Positions 35,958 to 43,847 of a stretch of 54,316 nucleotides of DNA are shown here, piece after piece. This DNA comes from a virus. Its lineage: Duplodnaviria; Caudoviricetes. Each line of letters starts with the position of its first letter. Positions within the stretch are counted from its first letter, which is position 1. The notes under the pieces are model-generated. The model was given only the letters and a program-made list of their open reading frames with translations, had not been told where the DNA came from and did no database searches. The position numbers were made by a program, and so were the translations under genes. Location: the IMG/VR virus record IMGVR_UViG_3300029258_005835, positions 1 to 54,316 of that record, one strand, 5' to 3'.

Positions 35958-36212
35958 TCATGCTTCCCCCTTTGCGATAGCGGCCCTTATCTCAACCAAC
36001 AGCAACTCCTCGATAAACTCATGTTTGACAGATGCAAGAATAGCCAAGCTATGCTTACACGCCTCCAGCAGGTCGGGAGCTGCGGCGATCAGGCGGGCAT
36101 TGGCTTCGCGCCGTACATTATCAGCCACGACATTTAGTATGGGTCCACTATGAACAATGGCGTATCCGATATTAGCTGTTCCCTCGATTCCCCATGGTCC
36201 TGGTGTATGCAT
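35958..36212 (-). CDS. Phage hypothetical protein
   Basis: HTPGPW...EANARLIAAAPDLLEAC, a widespread phage motif. Confidence 0.8.
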   Translation of the reverse strand: MHTPGPWGIEGTANIGYAIVHSGPILNVVADNVRREANARLIAAAPDLLEACKHSLAILASVKHEFIEELLLVEIRAAIAKGEA

Positions 36213-36249
36213 CCTGTACTCCTTTCTCCCGGCTCATGGCCGGGGCTGG

Positions 36250-36447
36250 CTAGTGTTGGTTGGCAAGCCATTCGTCACGCTGGCGTCGCGCCTCTGCTAG
36301 GCTTCGGGCGACACAGCCAAACAGCTTGCCGTTGATATGGCGATAGTCATACTGGACTCGCATCCCACGAGCGAGAGGACTGTAATACTCCTCGTAAGAC
36401 TCTTGCCCCATTGGGCAGGTCGAGCATCCGTCGATGTCGCTTTTCAT
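36250..36447 (-). CDS. Hypothetical protein
   Basis: 65 aa, GGAGG RBS. Confidence 0.65.
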   Translation of the reverse strand: MKSDIDGCSTCPMGQESYEEYYSPLARGMRVQYDYRHINGKLFGCVARSLAEARRQRDEWLANQH

Positions 36448-36490
36448 CCTGTACCCTCCTTTTTCGTTTCAGTCCGGCTACTCAGAGAGG

Positions 36491-36688
36491 CTAGAGGCTT
36501 TGGCACGACTTCCCGACGATAGACCGTATGCGGTCGTCCCTAACATCGGCGCTGAATTCATCATCGACTATGATACCCTCGCCGTGACGCTGGAGTTCAT
36601 CTAGGAGTTCCGACCAAGTGAATCCCGTTGGGCGCTTGCGGACAATGGTTTGACCGGGAAGCGTCTGATAAGTGTACCGTGTCTCCAT
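36491..36688 (-). CDS. Hypothetical protein
   Basis: 65 aa, AGGAGG RBS. Confidence 0.6.
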   Translation of the reverse strand: METRYTYQTLPGQTIVRKRPTGFTWSELLDELQRHGEGIIVDDEFSADVRDDRIRSIVGKSCQSL

Positions 36689-36811
36689 TGTGGTTCCTCC
36701 TTTCTCTAGCTACTCGCTAAACTTGAGTGGGATTGACCCACCTGGTCCCTAGAATCTCATACTGGCCGACACCCCCGACCGGAGGGTCAGGGGCGGGAGT
36801 CAGAGGAGATT

Positions 36812-36967
36812 CTAGGGCTTTGTGGCTGCCTTAGACTCGCGGATACACTGCACACACTGTAAACTGATGACGAACTGGGGATCATCGCTCTTCGCAAGCG
36901 GGCAAGTCATCTGCGGGTGGTTGTGTATTGGGCAGACCTTTGGCTTGACCTTTGGCTCGAGTGTCAT
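36812..36967 (-). CDS. Small Cys/His protein (51 aa)
   Basis: Manual translation MTLEPKVKPKVCPIH...CVQC...; GGAGG RBS. Confidence 0.5.
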   Translation of the reverse strand: MTLEPKVKPKVCPIHNHPQMTCPLAKSDDPQFVISLQCVQCIRESKAATKP

Positions 36968-37069
36968 TTCGGCCCTCCTATTCTCACTTCAGCATCTCTG
37001 CTGACCGATGCCCCGAACTGAGTTCGGAACGCTAAGTCAGGAGTTTGAGGTACTGAGGTCAAGAGAGAT

Positions 37070-37396
37070 TCACTTCCGATATTTCCTGAGCATTCGTTTC
37101 CTAGCCGCCTCGACTCTCTTGGCGACGACTGCTTTCCTGCTCTCTTCGGTCTTGAAGTACTGAGTTGTCGACATGGCGCCGTACTCCTCGCCGTTTCTTG
37201 TAATCATGATCCAAGCGGTGAAGAGACGTCCACACGGGATATCCAGCTGATGATAGGAGCCTTCCGTCGTACGCTCCTTCGACTTGGCTGTGCCCAGCAC
37301 AACCTTGATGCCGACTGCGCGCTCCTTCTCGTCCTTGACGCCAAAGTCGATCTGCCGCCTTGATGTAGTCTCCCTGTTTGTGATGACGTGCTTCAT
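37070..37396 (-). CDS. Hypothetical protein
   Basis: 108 aa, GAGGAGG RBS. Confidence 0.7.
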   Translation of the reverse strand: MKHVITNRETTSRRQIDFGVKDEKERAVGIKVVLGTAKSKERTTEGSYHQLDIPCGRLFTAWIMITRNGEEYGAMSTTQYFKTEESRKAVVAKRVEAARKRMLRKYRK

Positions 37397-37492
37397 TGCC
37401 TTGTTTCCTCCTCGTGTACTTCAGCGCATCCCCGCTGACTGGCTCCCCCAAAGTTGCCCTTGGGGGAGATGGGTCAGGAGAGATTCAGTATG

Positions 37493-37678
37493 TTAGGTTG
37501 GCCGACGAAACTCGATTAGTGCCAGGATGCCAACTACGATAAGGGCTACGGTGATCACGCCGACGGCCCACCACTTCGGCAGAAACACTAGGGACAGTAT
37601 GCTGACAGTCCCAGCGGCTACCACGAGTCCAAGACCCTGTAGGAAATACTTGTCCATACCTTTCCTAGGTGCCTTCAT
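37493..37678 (-). CDS. Small two-TM membrane protein
   Basis: Two hydrophobic helices. Confidence 0.65.
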   Translation of the reverse strand: MKAPRKGMDKYFLQGLGLVVAAGTVSILSLVFLPKWWAVGVITVALIVVGILALIEFRRPT

Positions 37679-37693
37679 CGTCCCATTCTCCTT

Positions 37694-37879
37694 TCACTCC
37701 TTTTGGTTTCTCTTAGCTCGAACAAATCCCACAACAACGCCTACGATCAACGCAGCAACAACAGCTGGTGCGGCATACCACAGACCACTTACAACCAATA
37801 CCCAAGATGCAACTCCAACCACAACTATACCCGGAAGCGCGATACCGACTACATCAAGTATGGATTTGCTGCTTCTCAT
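37694..37879 (-). CDS. Small two-TM membrane protein
   Basis: Two hydrophobic helices. Confidence 0.65.
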   Translation of the reverse strand: MRSSKSILDVVGIALPGIVVVGVASWVLVVSGLWYAAPAVVAALIVGVVVGFVRAKRNQKE

Positions 37880-37882
37880 TTC

Positions 37883-37993
37883 CTATTCTCCCTTCTCTCT
37901 CTTATCTTTCTTGTTGAGGATGATGGTAAGGATAAACCCTATGATCCCCACGACAGGGGCAATGCCGATCAGAATCTCTGGTGTACTCATCAT
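37883..37993 (-). CDS. 36-aa single-TM peptide
   Basis: MMSTPEILIGIAPVVGIIGFILTIILNKKDKREKGE; GAGGAGG RBS. Confidence 0.55.
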   Translation of the reverse strand: MMSTPEILIGIAPVVGIIGFILTIILNKKDKREKGE

Positions 37994-38207
37994 TTTCCTC
38001 CTCGTATCAGGTTGAGCGCCGCCCTATACGGCGGCCTAGCCCTGCTCCCGCAGCACCCTTCTGCGGCCCGCTTACTACCTCACGTCGATCGGTCGTCAGG
38101 TGGGGTTCGGTGCTGTGGGGCTTGCTGCCTGCCGCCCCTGTCTTGGCTTGTCTACCGTTTCATCCAACCTCCCGTTTCTCTATCTGCTGTAGTGTCTGCG
38201 TGTGGAT

Positions 38208-38423
38208 TCAGCAGAAGAGATGTGCGAACTTGGCTACAAGCGTGCTCCAACAGACTCCTAGCACTACTGGGGCCACAACCAAGAGTGTTATCAGTACGGG
38301 GTTCGGACCCCATGCATCCCACAGAGGGGAAGCGATTGCTCCTGTTGTCACAAGCAGCATTGCCCATCCTGCCGTCTCTACCATCGTCTGCCTCGACTCA
38401 TCTGCTGTCACTTTCTCTTTCAC
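38208..38423 (-). CDS. Small two-TM membrane protein
   Basis: First ORF after the leftward promoter; GGAGG RBS. Confidence 0.6.
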   Translation of the reverse strand: MKEKVTADESRQTMVETAGWAMLLVTTGAIASPLWDAWGPNPVLITLLVVAPVVLGVCWSTLVAKFAHLFC

Positions 38424-38456
38424 TGTCTTTACCCTCCTGTTTCTCTATCTGCCACA

Positions 38457-38486
38457 ACTATAGCACACACACGCACACAATGTCAA
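38457..38486 (-). promoter_or_regulatory. Leftward sigma70-type promoter
   Basis: Minus strand TTGACA-N18-TATAGT with TGn. Confidence 0.75.
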
Positions 38487-38724
38487 CCCCCCTGTCACCA
38501 AAATCATGAAAATCGTCAAAATCGTACGTAAAATCGAACCCATGTTCTAGGGATTTCCGAGGATTTCTGAGGGTTTCCGAGGGGTATAACCTCCTCCGGC
38601 ACCCCCCGAGCGCGACCCTCGGGCACCAGCGTCGAGCGCCAGCGTCGGGCACCCGCATCGGTCGCCACGCGCGTCCGCGCCGGACCAGCACGAGCGTCGG
38701 AATCCCCGTTCCGTACGGATGTTC

Positions 38725-38754
38725 TTGACAGATGTTCTATTGTCGTGATAGAAT
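38725..38754 (+). promoter_or_regulatory. Sigma70-type promoter of the intron-containing gene
   Basis: TTGACA-N18-TAGAAT with TGn. Confidence 0.8.
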
Positions 38755-38801
38755 ATACAACCGTATAGGGCTGTCTTGCCCGAGAAAGTGGGTGCAGGTA
38801 A

Positions 38802-39974
38802 ATGTCAGTCAGAGGATTGGTAACGGTGGTAAGTAACGATTGCCACCTAACCCAGCTCATATCGGTGAAACCCTACTGCTCGCGGCAACGGAGCAAGGGC
38901 AATACCGAGGGAAGTCGGGGAGATCGTTTTCTCCCTTGACCCCGTAGAGACTGACGACCGACTGCAAATGCCGAATCTAGGCGACATCGCGAAGGCATCG
39001 GAGATAGGCTATAGCGGGCGTGCGTTGTTCGTCTGGATAGCTTGCCCCGACTGCGGTACGCAACGGTGGCGTCCTCTCCACAACGAGATCACACGCTGCT
39101 GGAAGTGTTCGGCCAACAAGCGCGAACGCGACTTAAAGCCGATCACCTTCCTTGGCACGGGTGCGCCGATAGTCGGAGACACGACCACAGCGGCTGCGAT
39201 AGGGAAAGCCGGAAGAGGAATCTATGCCTACACTGCTTGCCCCAAGTGTGGAAAAACACGTTGGGTTCGGTGGCGACAGATGGATTCGCTGTGCACAGCT
39301 TGCACGGCGCTATCGAACAGCGTGCGATCCGGCAGCGAACACCCCAAGTGGAAAGGCGGAGTCAAGAAAACACGAGGCTACGTCTACGTGCTGATTCCGC
39401 GAACAGACCCGCTTTTCCCAATGGCTGTTAAGCGCTACAAGAATCAAGGTGTTGTTGCCGAGCACAGGCTTGTCGTGGCACGGTCTATCGGTAGGCCGTT
39501 GCGCCCCGACGAGGTCGTCCATCACATCAACGGCACCAAGGACGACAATCGCAGGGAAAACCTTCGGCTGCTTACTAAGCAAAGCCACCACTCAGCCCTA
39601 GTGATGCAGGAGACACAGGATAGGGTGCGAAACCTTGAGGTTAGAGTGACGATGCTTGAGGCAGAGAACACGGCATTAAAAGCTAGTTTGCAGGAGGTCG
39701 GAGATAGCGACACCTCTCCAGAACTGAATTTGCGTCGCTATAATACGCTGGGCGACCTGCCTGACAAGCAGGTTGAAGGTATAGTCCATGCCCCCTAGTA
39801 ATAGGAGGACAAACACGGATCGGCGTAGTTGCCTTTGTGGTCATCGACAGCCTAATCACGAACATCATCACGGGAACAGATACTGGGAGCGTTATACTAC
39901 AGAATTTGCTCCGGGTGATCGTGGCAGCGGCCATCCTGATCGGTGTGGTCATGTCGATTGGTCGGAAGGGCTAG
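38802..39974 (+). CDS. Intron-split 61-aa two-helix hydrophobic protein, join(38802..38830,39818..39974); candidate major capsid protein
   Basis: Spliced product MSVRGLVTVVIGVVAFVVIDSLITNIITGTDTGSVILQNLLRVIVAAAILIGVVMSIGRKG; the exons sum to 186 nt in frame. Confidence 0.85.
38831..39817 (+). ncRNA. Group I self-splicing intron (IA-like, with P7.1/P7.2)
   Basis: P1 GGUGGU/GCCACC with U.G at the splice site; P3 CCCAGC/GCUGGG; P4 UCGGUG/UACCGA; P7 GACUG/UAGUC; P8 ACCUGC/GCAGGU; J8/7 GAAGGUA; P9 CCUA-GUAA-UAGG; omega-G 39817; P10 CGAUU/GAUCG. Confidence 0.93.
38968..39798 (+). CDS. Intron-encoded HNH homing endonuclease with two Zn-ribbon repeats
   Basis: CPDCG..RW..CWKC and CPKCG..RW..CTAC; HPKWKGG; EHRLV...VHHINGTKDDNRRENL. 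Confidence 0.92.
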   Translation: MPNLGDIAKASEIGYSGRALFVWIACPDCGTQRWRPLHNEITRCWKCSANKRERDLKPITFLGTGAPIVGDTTTAAAIGKAGRGIYAYTACPKCGKTRWVRWRQMDSLCTACTALSNSVRSGSEHPKWKGGVKKTRGYVYVLIPRTDPLFPMAVKRYKNQGVVAEHRLVVARSIGRPLRPDEVVHHINGTKDDNRRENLRLLTKQSHHSALVMQETQDRVRNLEVRVTMLEAENTALKASLQEVGDSDTSPELNLRRYNTLGDLPDKQVEGIVHAP

Positions 39975-40034
39975 GCCCGACCCGGCCTCTCGGCTCTCCG
40001 CCCTTTGGGAGATCGCCGGAAGGAAGAGGAGAAC

Positions 40035-40075
40035 AAGAGGGGCATCGCTGGTGGGGCGGTGCCCCTTCCTCTTAT
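40035..40075 (+). terminator. Hairpin, probable terminator after the spliced gene
   Basis: AGGGGCATCGC-N7-GCGGTGCCCCT followed by the pyrimidine-rich TCCTCTTATCT. Confidence 0.45.
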
Positions 40076-40115
40076 CTGGAACGAATAGTGGTAGTAGAGG
40101 AGGAGGTGGTAGCAG

Positions 40116-40382
40116 ATGGCTGGTGTTCTCTTTGCCGGTAAGGTAGTCAACCTCGTACTAGCAAACATTACGGATGTCACGGAGAACCGCGAGGAGTACC
40201 GTGGAGCGTGCTTCGTGGTATCTGCCCCTCGGAAGCGGCACAACTCACCATTCAACGTAGCAGTAGCGCAACTGGTACGCACGTGGTGGCTCATGGACTG
40301 GTCGTTCGTGTTCTGCGAACCGAAGGAGGAGCTGGACAGCGCGATCCGATCTTACCTACGGGAGCAAGAGAATGGCTCGTGA
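40116..40382 (+). CDS. Hypothetical protein
   Basis: Strong RBS GGAGGAGG. Confidence 0.65.
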   Translation: MAGVLFAGKVVNLVLANITDVTENREEYRGACFVVSAPRKRHNSPFNVAVAQLVRTWWLMDWSFVFCEPKEELDSAIRSYLREQENGS

Positions 40383-40677
40383 GTCGCAATACTGGTACTG
40401 GCTCGTGTGTGCCGATCCTGAAACGGGTAAACATTTTCTTGTCGCGGGCGGCAGGACTGAGGACGAAGCCCGTCAGAAGGGAATGGAAGTTCTGGGTGGT
40501 GTCGACTTCCAGATCAAGAGGCTGCCGACGCGGAACCTAGCCCGGGCGTCCAGTCTGCTGAAGGGCAACAGGCTTGAAAGCACCCACTCACTGAAACAGG
40601 CATCGGAGCGCCTGGGGCACGACCGGTCATTGCGGCGCAGACGGAGAAAACAAGACCCGCTGGCGGGGTGGCCATAA
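40372..40677 (+). CDS. Hypothetical protein
   Basis: 101 aa, overlaps the previous stop. Confidence 0.65.
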   Translation: MARESQYWYWLVCADPETGKHFLVAGGRTEDEARQKGMEVLGGVDFQIKRLPTRNLARASSLLKGNRLESTHSLKQASERLGHDRSLRRRRRKQDPLAGWP

Positions 40678-40732
40678 TGCTTGCCCTGCGGCGGCTTACA
40701 TATACGGTGGTGACTGAAGGGAGGGAGGTCTT

Positions 40733-41527
40733 GTGACTGGAGCAGAAGTTGAGGCAAATTACTTCGGATGGCACATTATCACGTATCTGGTAATCATCTT
40801 CGCGGTGATGATCGGAGTCTACCAGCTGATCTGGTCTCGGAAGTGTTCCAAGTACGTGAAAGTGCTGGTCGTGAAATCGGACGGCAGCACCGAGACTGAG
40901 TACGCGCCCAAGTCCAAGGGGTATGTTGCGCTAACGTCACCTAACGACAACACGACGCGGTTGTGGCCGATCAGCAAGCTGTCAGCGGTAGAGGAGGACT
41001 ACCCGGGCGACGGGTTCATCCCCAAGTTCCTCCAGAAGAAGATCAAGATGGTGATAGTGGACGAGGTGGACTGGGAGCCGTTGCTTAACAGGGGGTCGTA
41101 CTCGCACGGCGTGGCCAGTCCCGACGTTGTTCGCGATCTCAGGGACGTGGTAGCTGATATACAAGAGGGGCAGCCGGAGATCGCGCAATCCCTGACCGAG
41201 TACATCAACAGCTTGGCGACGGCGCCGACACGCGAGATGGTAGCGAGTCCTGCCGTGCTGGGGAATATCGTCAAGGAGAAGGTCTCGGAGATGGCCGTGA
41301 CAATCTCCAAGGACACGTTCGATCGGTTGGACAGTGTAATCAAGAAGCTGGACAAGATACCCAACGCCATGATCGTGTACATCGGGCTTGGGGTTATCGC
41401 CATCTTGGTCGTAGTCTCGTTCATGCAGTCCGGTGGATTCGGTGGCGAGACGGAACTGACCGGCATCCGGGCCGACCTACAGGCGATTAAGGACGCGCTC
41501 GGTGCGGCGGGAACGGTGGTGCCGTAA
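40733..41527 (+). CDS. Membrane protein with N- and C-terminal TMs (putative assembly factor)
   Basis: IITYLVIIFAVMIGVY and IVYIGLGVIAILVVV TMs; upstream of the ATPase. Confidence 0.75.
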   Translation: MTGAEVEANYFGWHIITYLVIIFAVMIGVYQLIWSRKCSKYVKVLVVKSDGSTETEYAPKSKGYVALTSPNDNTTRLWPISKLSAVEEDYPGDGFIPKFLQKKIKMVIVDEVDWEPLLNRGSYSHGVASPDVVRDLRDVVADIQEGQPEIAQSLTEYINSLATAPTREMVASPAVLGNIVKEKVSEMAVTISKDTFDRLDSVIKKLDKIPNAMIVYIGLGVIAILVVVSFMQSGGFGGETELTGIRADLQAIKDALGAAGTVVP

Positions 41528-42096
41528 TGGTGAGACGAAGCAGCGAGAAGAAGGATGGAGAGAAGACCAAGAGCAAGGTAGCCGCCAAGTCCGACGGAGA
41601 TGGGGATGGCGCTGGACAGATCGGGATTGATACGGCACGGCTCAAGAGAGTAAAGCCGTCGAAGAGTGTTGCGGAAGAGGAGGAGGAAGTTGTAGAGCGG
41701 ACCACACCAGCATCCGTGTCCGCCGGTCCTGTCGATAAGGTCATCGAACTGGCGTTCAACCCGAGCCGCGACAAGATCAGGGAAGTCACGATCATCGACC
41801 GGATGCAGGGCAGGTTGTTCCCGATCATGGATGCGATGAACACGCTGTTCGGCAACTGCCTCGAGATCGCGATGTACCGCCAGTCCAGAGCAGACTACAG
41901 GGCAGCGTACGGCAGGATCAAGCCGAAGCCGCTGGATATCATGGACGAACTGATGTTCCGAACGGCACAGTGGCAGAAGTCGGTCGCTGGGAAGAACTTG
42001 GAGAGGGCGACGGACATCGCGTTGGCGGAGACGGAGACGAGGGAACCCGAGAACGAGGATTACAGCAGCAGTGGCGGACGGGGGTTTGACGACTAG
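41527..42096 (+). CDS. Hypothetical protein
   Basis: TAATG coupling. Confidence 0.7.
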   Translation: MVRRSSEKKDGEKTKSKVAAKSDGDGDGAGQIGIDTARLKRVKPSKSVAEEEEEVVERTTPASVSAGPVDKVIELAFNPSRDKIREVTIIDRMQGRLFPIMDAMNTLFGNCLEIAMYRQSRADYRAAYGRIKPKPLDIMDELMFRTAQWQKSVAGKNLERATDIALAETETREPENEDYSSSGGRGFDD

Positions 42097-42204
42097 ATGA
42101 TCGACGTCGCTGGTATGGACATGATCGGAATGCTCTGGGCGGCGGCTTGGGTCGTCGTCGTAGTGTATTGGATGCTGGTCAAGACTGAACGGACGGAGTC
42201 CTGA
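42097..42204 (+). CDS. 35-aa single-TM peptide
   Basis: MIDVAGMDMIGMLWAAAWVVVVVYWMLVKTERTES fills the gap exactly. Confidence 0.5.
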   Translation: MIDVAGMDMIGMLWAAAWVVVVVYWMLVKTERTES

Positions 42205-42207
42205 TAG

Positions 42208-43308
42208 ATGACGACGAAGGAAAGAGCGATCGAGGACTGGGAAGAGAAGCTGCCGGACAGGACGACGACACGCGTGTCCAGTATGTCTGACGACCTGTTC
42301 GATACCTCCATGGGGTACGACGACGAGGTCGGCGTCCGGCTGGCAAGCGGCCTGAGTCCTGACGATGTAGAGCGCGCGAAGCTGCTTTACAGGTTGTTCA
42401 ATGGCCTGTGGGGCGTCGCGATCGTGGTTGGAGACCCGGGGACAGGGAAAGACCTGCTCGGCAACTATCTCACCTACCGTATGAAGAGGTATTTTCCATG
42501 GAAGCGCATTCTGCGGGACGAGAAGCCGAGGCCGCTGTACGGACCCTACGCCGGATTGTTCAATGAGACTGTGTTGGCCGAGGAACTGGGGCGGATGAAA
42601 GAGGTGGCCGCTGGTGTCGGTGCCACGAAGGTTGACGCCATCATGGAGAAGGCAGCCGACGACTGGGTATCAAAGAAAGGCGCGGTGCTGCTGAAGAACT
42701 CCATCCTGTATCTCACGGAGTACTGGCGGTACTGCTACAACCGCGAGCCGCACAACCCGATGAACAAGACGATGGGTGGCATCCACAAGATGAAAAGACA
42801 CTTGGACTGCCTGATATTGGGAACGGTGCAGCTTGCGACGGAACTGGATAAGAAAACGTGCCTGCCGTGGGTGGATTGGAGAGTGACGTGCACGCGGTCC
42901 CGGACCAATGTCACGCGGTTCAGCTACTTCGTCGAGCGCGTCAAGTACGACAGGCGATTGGACCTCCTGATCTCGACCAGCAAGCCGTTCCGTATATCGT
43001 TTGACGCCGGGAAGCCCCGAAGCGACATGGGCGACGGCAGGATCGTCGTCAGGAAGCACGGGTACAGGCCGGAGAACGAGGACGAGCGGGTCGTGCTGGA
43101 CGCGCTCGCTGCCGGAGCCGAGACCTACGAGGACTTGGTGGCGCTGCTGGAGACGCACGGTGATATGTCGGAGTGGGAGACCCTAGCGACGCTGAAAGAG
43201 TTGAAGTTCCGACGCAGCAAGCGGGTGATTGACTACCCGTGCGACTTCGGGCTGTACAACTCGAAATCCGCCCCGCAAATCAAATCGAGCATCAAGATCG
43301 GGGATTAG
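42208..43308 (+). CDS. P-loop ATPase (Zot/assembly-ATPase-like) with C-terminal wHTH-like segment
   Basis: AIVVGDPGTGKD Walker A; ILYLTE degenerate Walker B; KRHLDCLILGTVQ...LDK resembles the Zot-like RH..hhhhTQ...LDK motif. Confidence 0.75.
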   Translation: MTTKERAIEDWEEKLPDRTTTRVSSMSDDLFDTSMGYDDEVGVRLASGLSPDDVERAKLLYRLFNGLWGVAIVVGDPGTGKDLLGNYLTYRMKRYFPWKRILRDEKPRPLYGPYAGLFNETVLAEELGRMKEVAAGVGATKVDAIMEKAADDWVSKKGAVLLKNSILYLTEYWRYCYNREPHNPMNKTMGGIHKMKRHLDCLILGTVQLATELDKKTCLPWVDWRVTCTRSRTNVTRFSYFVERVKYDRRLDLLISTSKPFRISFDAGKPRSDMGDGRIVVRKHGYRPENEDERVVLDALAAGAETYEDLVALLETHGDMSEWETLATLKELKFRRSKRVIDYPCDFGLYNSKSAPQIKSSIKIGD

Positions 43309-43329
43309 GAGCAAGACAAGGAGGTTCAG

Positions 43330-43440
43330 GTGGGAAAGCCAAAAGGGTGCGACGGGAAGAGCAAGATCAGGTCCAAAGGCAAAGGGAAAGGTCTCGGGCG
43401 TGGGAAGGGACAAGGCCCGATAGGGAGACCGAGTTCTTGA
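43330..43440 (+). CDS. 36-aa Lys/Gly-rich peptide
   Basis: MGKPKGCDGKSKIRSKGKGKGLGRGKGQGPIGRPSS; AAGGAGG RBS. Confidence 0.55.
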   Translation: MGKPKGCDGKSKIRSKGKGKGLGRGKGQGPIGRPSS

Positions 43441-43473
43441 GCAGAAAGAAATGAAACCGTGAGACGATGATAT

Positions 43474-43641
43474 ATGGCTGAATTGACTAGAATCTGCCCA
43501 CGCTGCCTCGGTTCCGCGTTGGATTATTATGACCTCTACCGCTATCGCGGTGTATCTAGGCCGCGGTATAGGTGCGAAAGTTGTGGTCGTATCACAGCGT
43601 ATCCGCTGCTTCGCCCCAAGCGCGTACGTCGGAAGAGGTAG
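43474..43641 (+). CDS. IS1/InsA-like Zn-ribbon mini-protein (55 aa)
   Basis: Manual translation ...ICPRCLGSALDYYDLYRYRGVSRPRYRCESCGRITAYPL... Confidence 0.65.
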   Translation: MAELTRICPRCLGSALDYYDLYRYRGVSRPRYRCESCGRITAYPLLRPKRVRRKR

Positions 43642-43652
43642 GAGAACTAGGC

Positions 43653-43847
43653 ATGAGGCTACCATCGGGGTCGTACCACAGGATCAAGACGTACGCCGAC
43701 GGGCGTCGTGAGCGGCTGACTATCTCTCCCAGCGGGAGGATTCTCGAGTCCGCCCCGATGCGGCGAGTTGGCACGACGAAGACGAGCAAGAGCCTGTCGA
43801 AGCGACGTGCGCAGAGAGCACGGAGAAGGAGGATGGTAGGGAGATGA
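43653..43847 (+). CDS. Small Arg-rich protein
   Basis: AGGAG RBS; R-rich tail. Confidence 0.6.
   Translation: MRLPSGSYHRIKTYADGRRERLTISPSGRILESAPMRRVGTTKTSKSLSKRRAQRARRRRMVGR

Noticed and set aside
37493-37879. Holins
   Set aside because: The two-TM shape fits, but there is no endolysin and they sit in an apparent early operon
37527-38509. Long plus-strand ORFs (162, 268 and 160 aa)
   Set aside because: Antisense to small membrane genes that have RBSs and a promoter on the minus strand
39788-40141. 117-aa ORF after the HNH gene
   Set aside because: Wrong frame; the region is the intron 3' end plus exon 2 of the spliced gene
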